A stretch of 64,000 nucleotides of DNA. Origin: Eledone cirrhosa (taxonomy: Eukaryota). The stretch lies in contig OZ024743.1 in assembly GCA_964016885.1 (NCBI GenBank), positions 3,658,001-3,722,000 of the forward strand, given 5' to 3'. The notes below the pieces were generated by a model. That model worked only from the letters and a program-made list of their open reading frames with translations, was not told the DNA's origin and searched no databases. The position numbers and the translations under genes were made by a program. Below, piece after piece: positions 62,050 to 64,000 of the stretch (its first letter is position 1; each line of letters begins with the position of its first letter).

Positions 62050-62500
62050 TCACGCAGTGAAGATGATTTTATTCACCGGAGTATTTAGTCCTCTGTCAAG
62101 TCACAACAAAGACTTTAGACAGGTAATATTTTCCTTAAAATATGAGCAGTATCTTGCAAGACTGATTTGCATAGGACACCAATCTTGCAGAGCATACCAA
62201 ACCGCTTTAAAGAGTCTCGAAGTTTCAATGGAATTGATCCTAATGCCTCGATCCAACTTGTATCACTTTCTCATTACATTCTAGCATTCGAATCAATCTT
62301 GTCATCTCCACTTTCAATTCGGAATAGTTGGTGATTTTTTCAATCTCCTTACTTGCAACATTCGTGTCATTTGGTATAGCTACGTTAATGAGTAGCATTT
62401 GTCTTCCTTGTTCAATACGACAATGTTCGGTCGATTAATTTTTCTACTATCGGATCCGACTGTGCCAACCGCATCTTGAAGTTCGTCCCGCAGCCTTCGT
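62050..62500 (-). mobile_element. R4/Dong-like RLE 3' fragment
   Basis: RKINRPNIVVLNKEDKC resembles the NRPDIV..DK...C.LID endonuclease motif. Confidence 0.55.
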
Positions 62501-62569
62501 ATGACCTGGAAAGTGCAAGCAGATATTTCCTTGTTATGTTGAAAGAGGTTGTGTGGTGGATGAGGATGA

Positions 62570-62975
62570 AAAGACTGAAGAGAGATACACCCTTCTTCTA
62601 TTTTTTTTTTTCATGTTCCGTTTGGCAAAGAAGGTGAGGATGGAGAGAGAAGTGCTGACCTCACTCAATATATTTGTTAAAAGGTGGGTGAATGTTGCGA
62701 AAATAATCCGCGTAATGGGTCTGGTCTGAGCTTGGACCTGTGGGCTAGAGAGAATAGAGAGAAGAGGGGTGCTTGCTAAAGGTGCACTTGTTGATCAGGG
62801 TAATTCTAGATCTGTGGGGTGTTTTTTTTTCCTTATTTGGGAATTCTCTTATAAATTTGTTGTTATTTGTTACCTGTTTTCTTTCTCTGTTTACAAGTCA
62901 ATATGTAAATCTCCACTGTAAGTTTATAGGATTGTCATCAATGTTTTTAGCCCCAGTGGTCAATAAATAAATAAT
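62570..62975 (+). mobile_element. LINE 3' end related to 32720-33150
   Basis: Shared gagagaagtgctg...tttgtt.aaaggtgg sequence; AATAAA tail. Confidence 0.45.
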
Positions 62976-63004
62976 TAATATGATTATTATCTAATCTATA
63001 TAGT

Positions 63005-63170
63005 TATGGCTCTTTACGTTCTGAGTTCAAATCCCGCCGTGGTTAGTTTTGCCTTTCATACTTATGAGATCAATAAAATAAAATACCAGTAATACACTGG
63101 ATTGATTTCATCGACTTTCCCCTCCTCCAAAATTGCCGGCCTTGTGCCTAAACCAAACACCATTATTATC
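63005..63170 (+). mobile_element. SINE family B, partial
   Basis: B box, core and ggccttgtgcc 3' motif. Confidence 0.75.
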
Positions 63171-63685
63171 TAATCTATTTTCCTGTCTTCCCAGGTGGCG
63201 GGCGACAAAGTCATTTCGAGTTGTATCAACGGCTGCAGCAACGATAGTGAGAGAGACTGCAACAAGTCGAATGAAGATGTAAGAGGAACAAATAACTCAG
63301 GGAACTCGTACGGAACGAGGATAAACATTTGCTCCAGCCGTGATCCCGGTTGTAATGAAAAATTCTGAACAGTTTAAGGTGCATACCTGTCAACTCTACC
63401 TGTCGGACGGGGAAATCTCCCACCCACTTTGGGGTGGGTGAGAGATGTCTTCCCTTGTGAAAATGGGTATAGCTTTCACTATGTAAAATCTCCCCATTTT
63501 GCCTCATTTCTACCCGTTTTGGGGCACTTTTTTTCATGGTACTCCTCGTTTGGGTTTTTAGAGGTTGGCAGGTCTGAAGGTGGCATATGCGTTAAACGCC
63601 AGCGGATAGAAAATATTAATTATACGTTAAGTACGTAATTAATTATTTAAATAAAATGAATAAATTTCCAACAGTTCATTATTTA

Positions 63686-63830
63686 TGTGGATTGAGAGTA
63701 TCGGTAGACGGTCGGACGCCATGCTTTGCAGCATAGAGTTACGGGCCTTTACGGTTTGAGTTCAAATTCCGCCAGGTTAATTTTGCCTTTCATCCTTACG
63801 GGGGTCGATAAAATAAAGTACCAGTAATAC
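63686..63830 (+). mobile_element. SINE family B, 3'-truncated
   Basis: Homologous to 42882-43030. Confidence 0.8.
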
Positions 63831-64000
63831 CCAAAATCGTAGTTGATTGTTAAATACTTAGCCTGACCATTTGATAATTTCACCTGTAGAAAGATATACA
63901 CGGTTTTATCCAGTCAAACAAAAAACCCTCTTCACCCCCCCCCCCTCTTCCCTTCCTCCTCATCATCCTACACGAACAACAGCTACTACTACTACTACTA

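Noticed and set aside
63226-63638. 103-aa and 69-aa ORFs near the window end
   Set aside because: No recognisable motif or splice support.

Overview
AT-rich, repeat-dominated animal DNA. The SINE families, very long (TA)n/(TACA)n arrays and TE repertoire fit an octopus (cephalopod) genome best; this is an inference. Host coding content is sparse: one LysM-domain exon (LYSMD3/4-like, 22046-22438, minus) and two copies of a small coiled-coil ORF of unknown function (86 aa; 36799-37059 minus and 44732-44992 plus). Those two copies sit head-to-head in the inner part of an old inverted duplication whose arms can be traced from about 29.9-37.5 kb to about 44.5-58.5 kb. The arms contain a 352-bp identical tract and arm-specific Helitron insertions. 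The rest is an 11.5-kb G-free microsatellite next to a 200-N gap, plus CR1/L2, RTE, CRE, Hero and R4/Dong LINE fragments, Penelope-like elements with minimal hammerhead motifs and fold-back palindromes, Helitrons, mariner, piggyBac and Ginger-like MITEs, and two tRNA-derived SINE families. Nearly all long ORFs in the supplied track are microsatellite artefacts. Family names come from motif recognition by eye, not from database searches.
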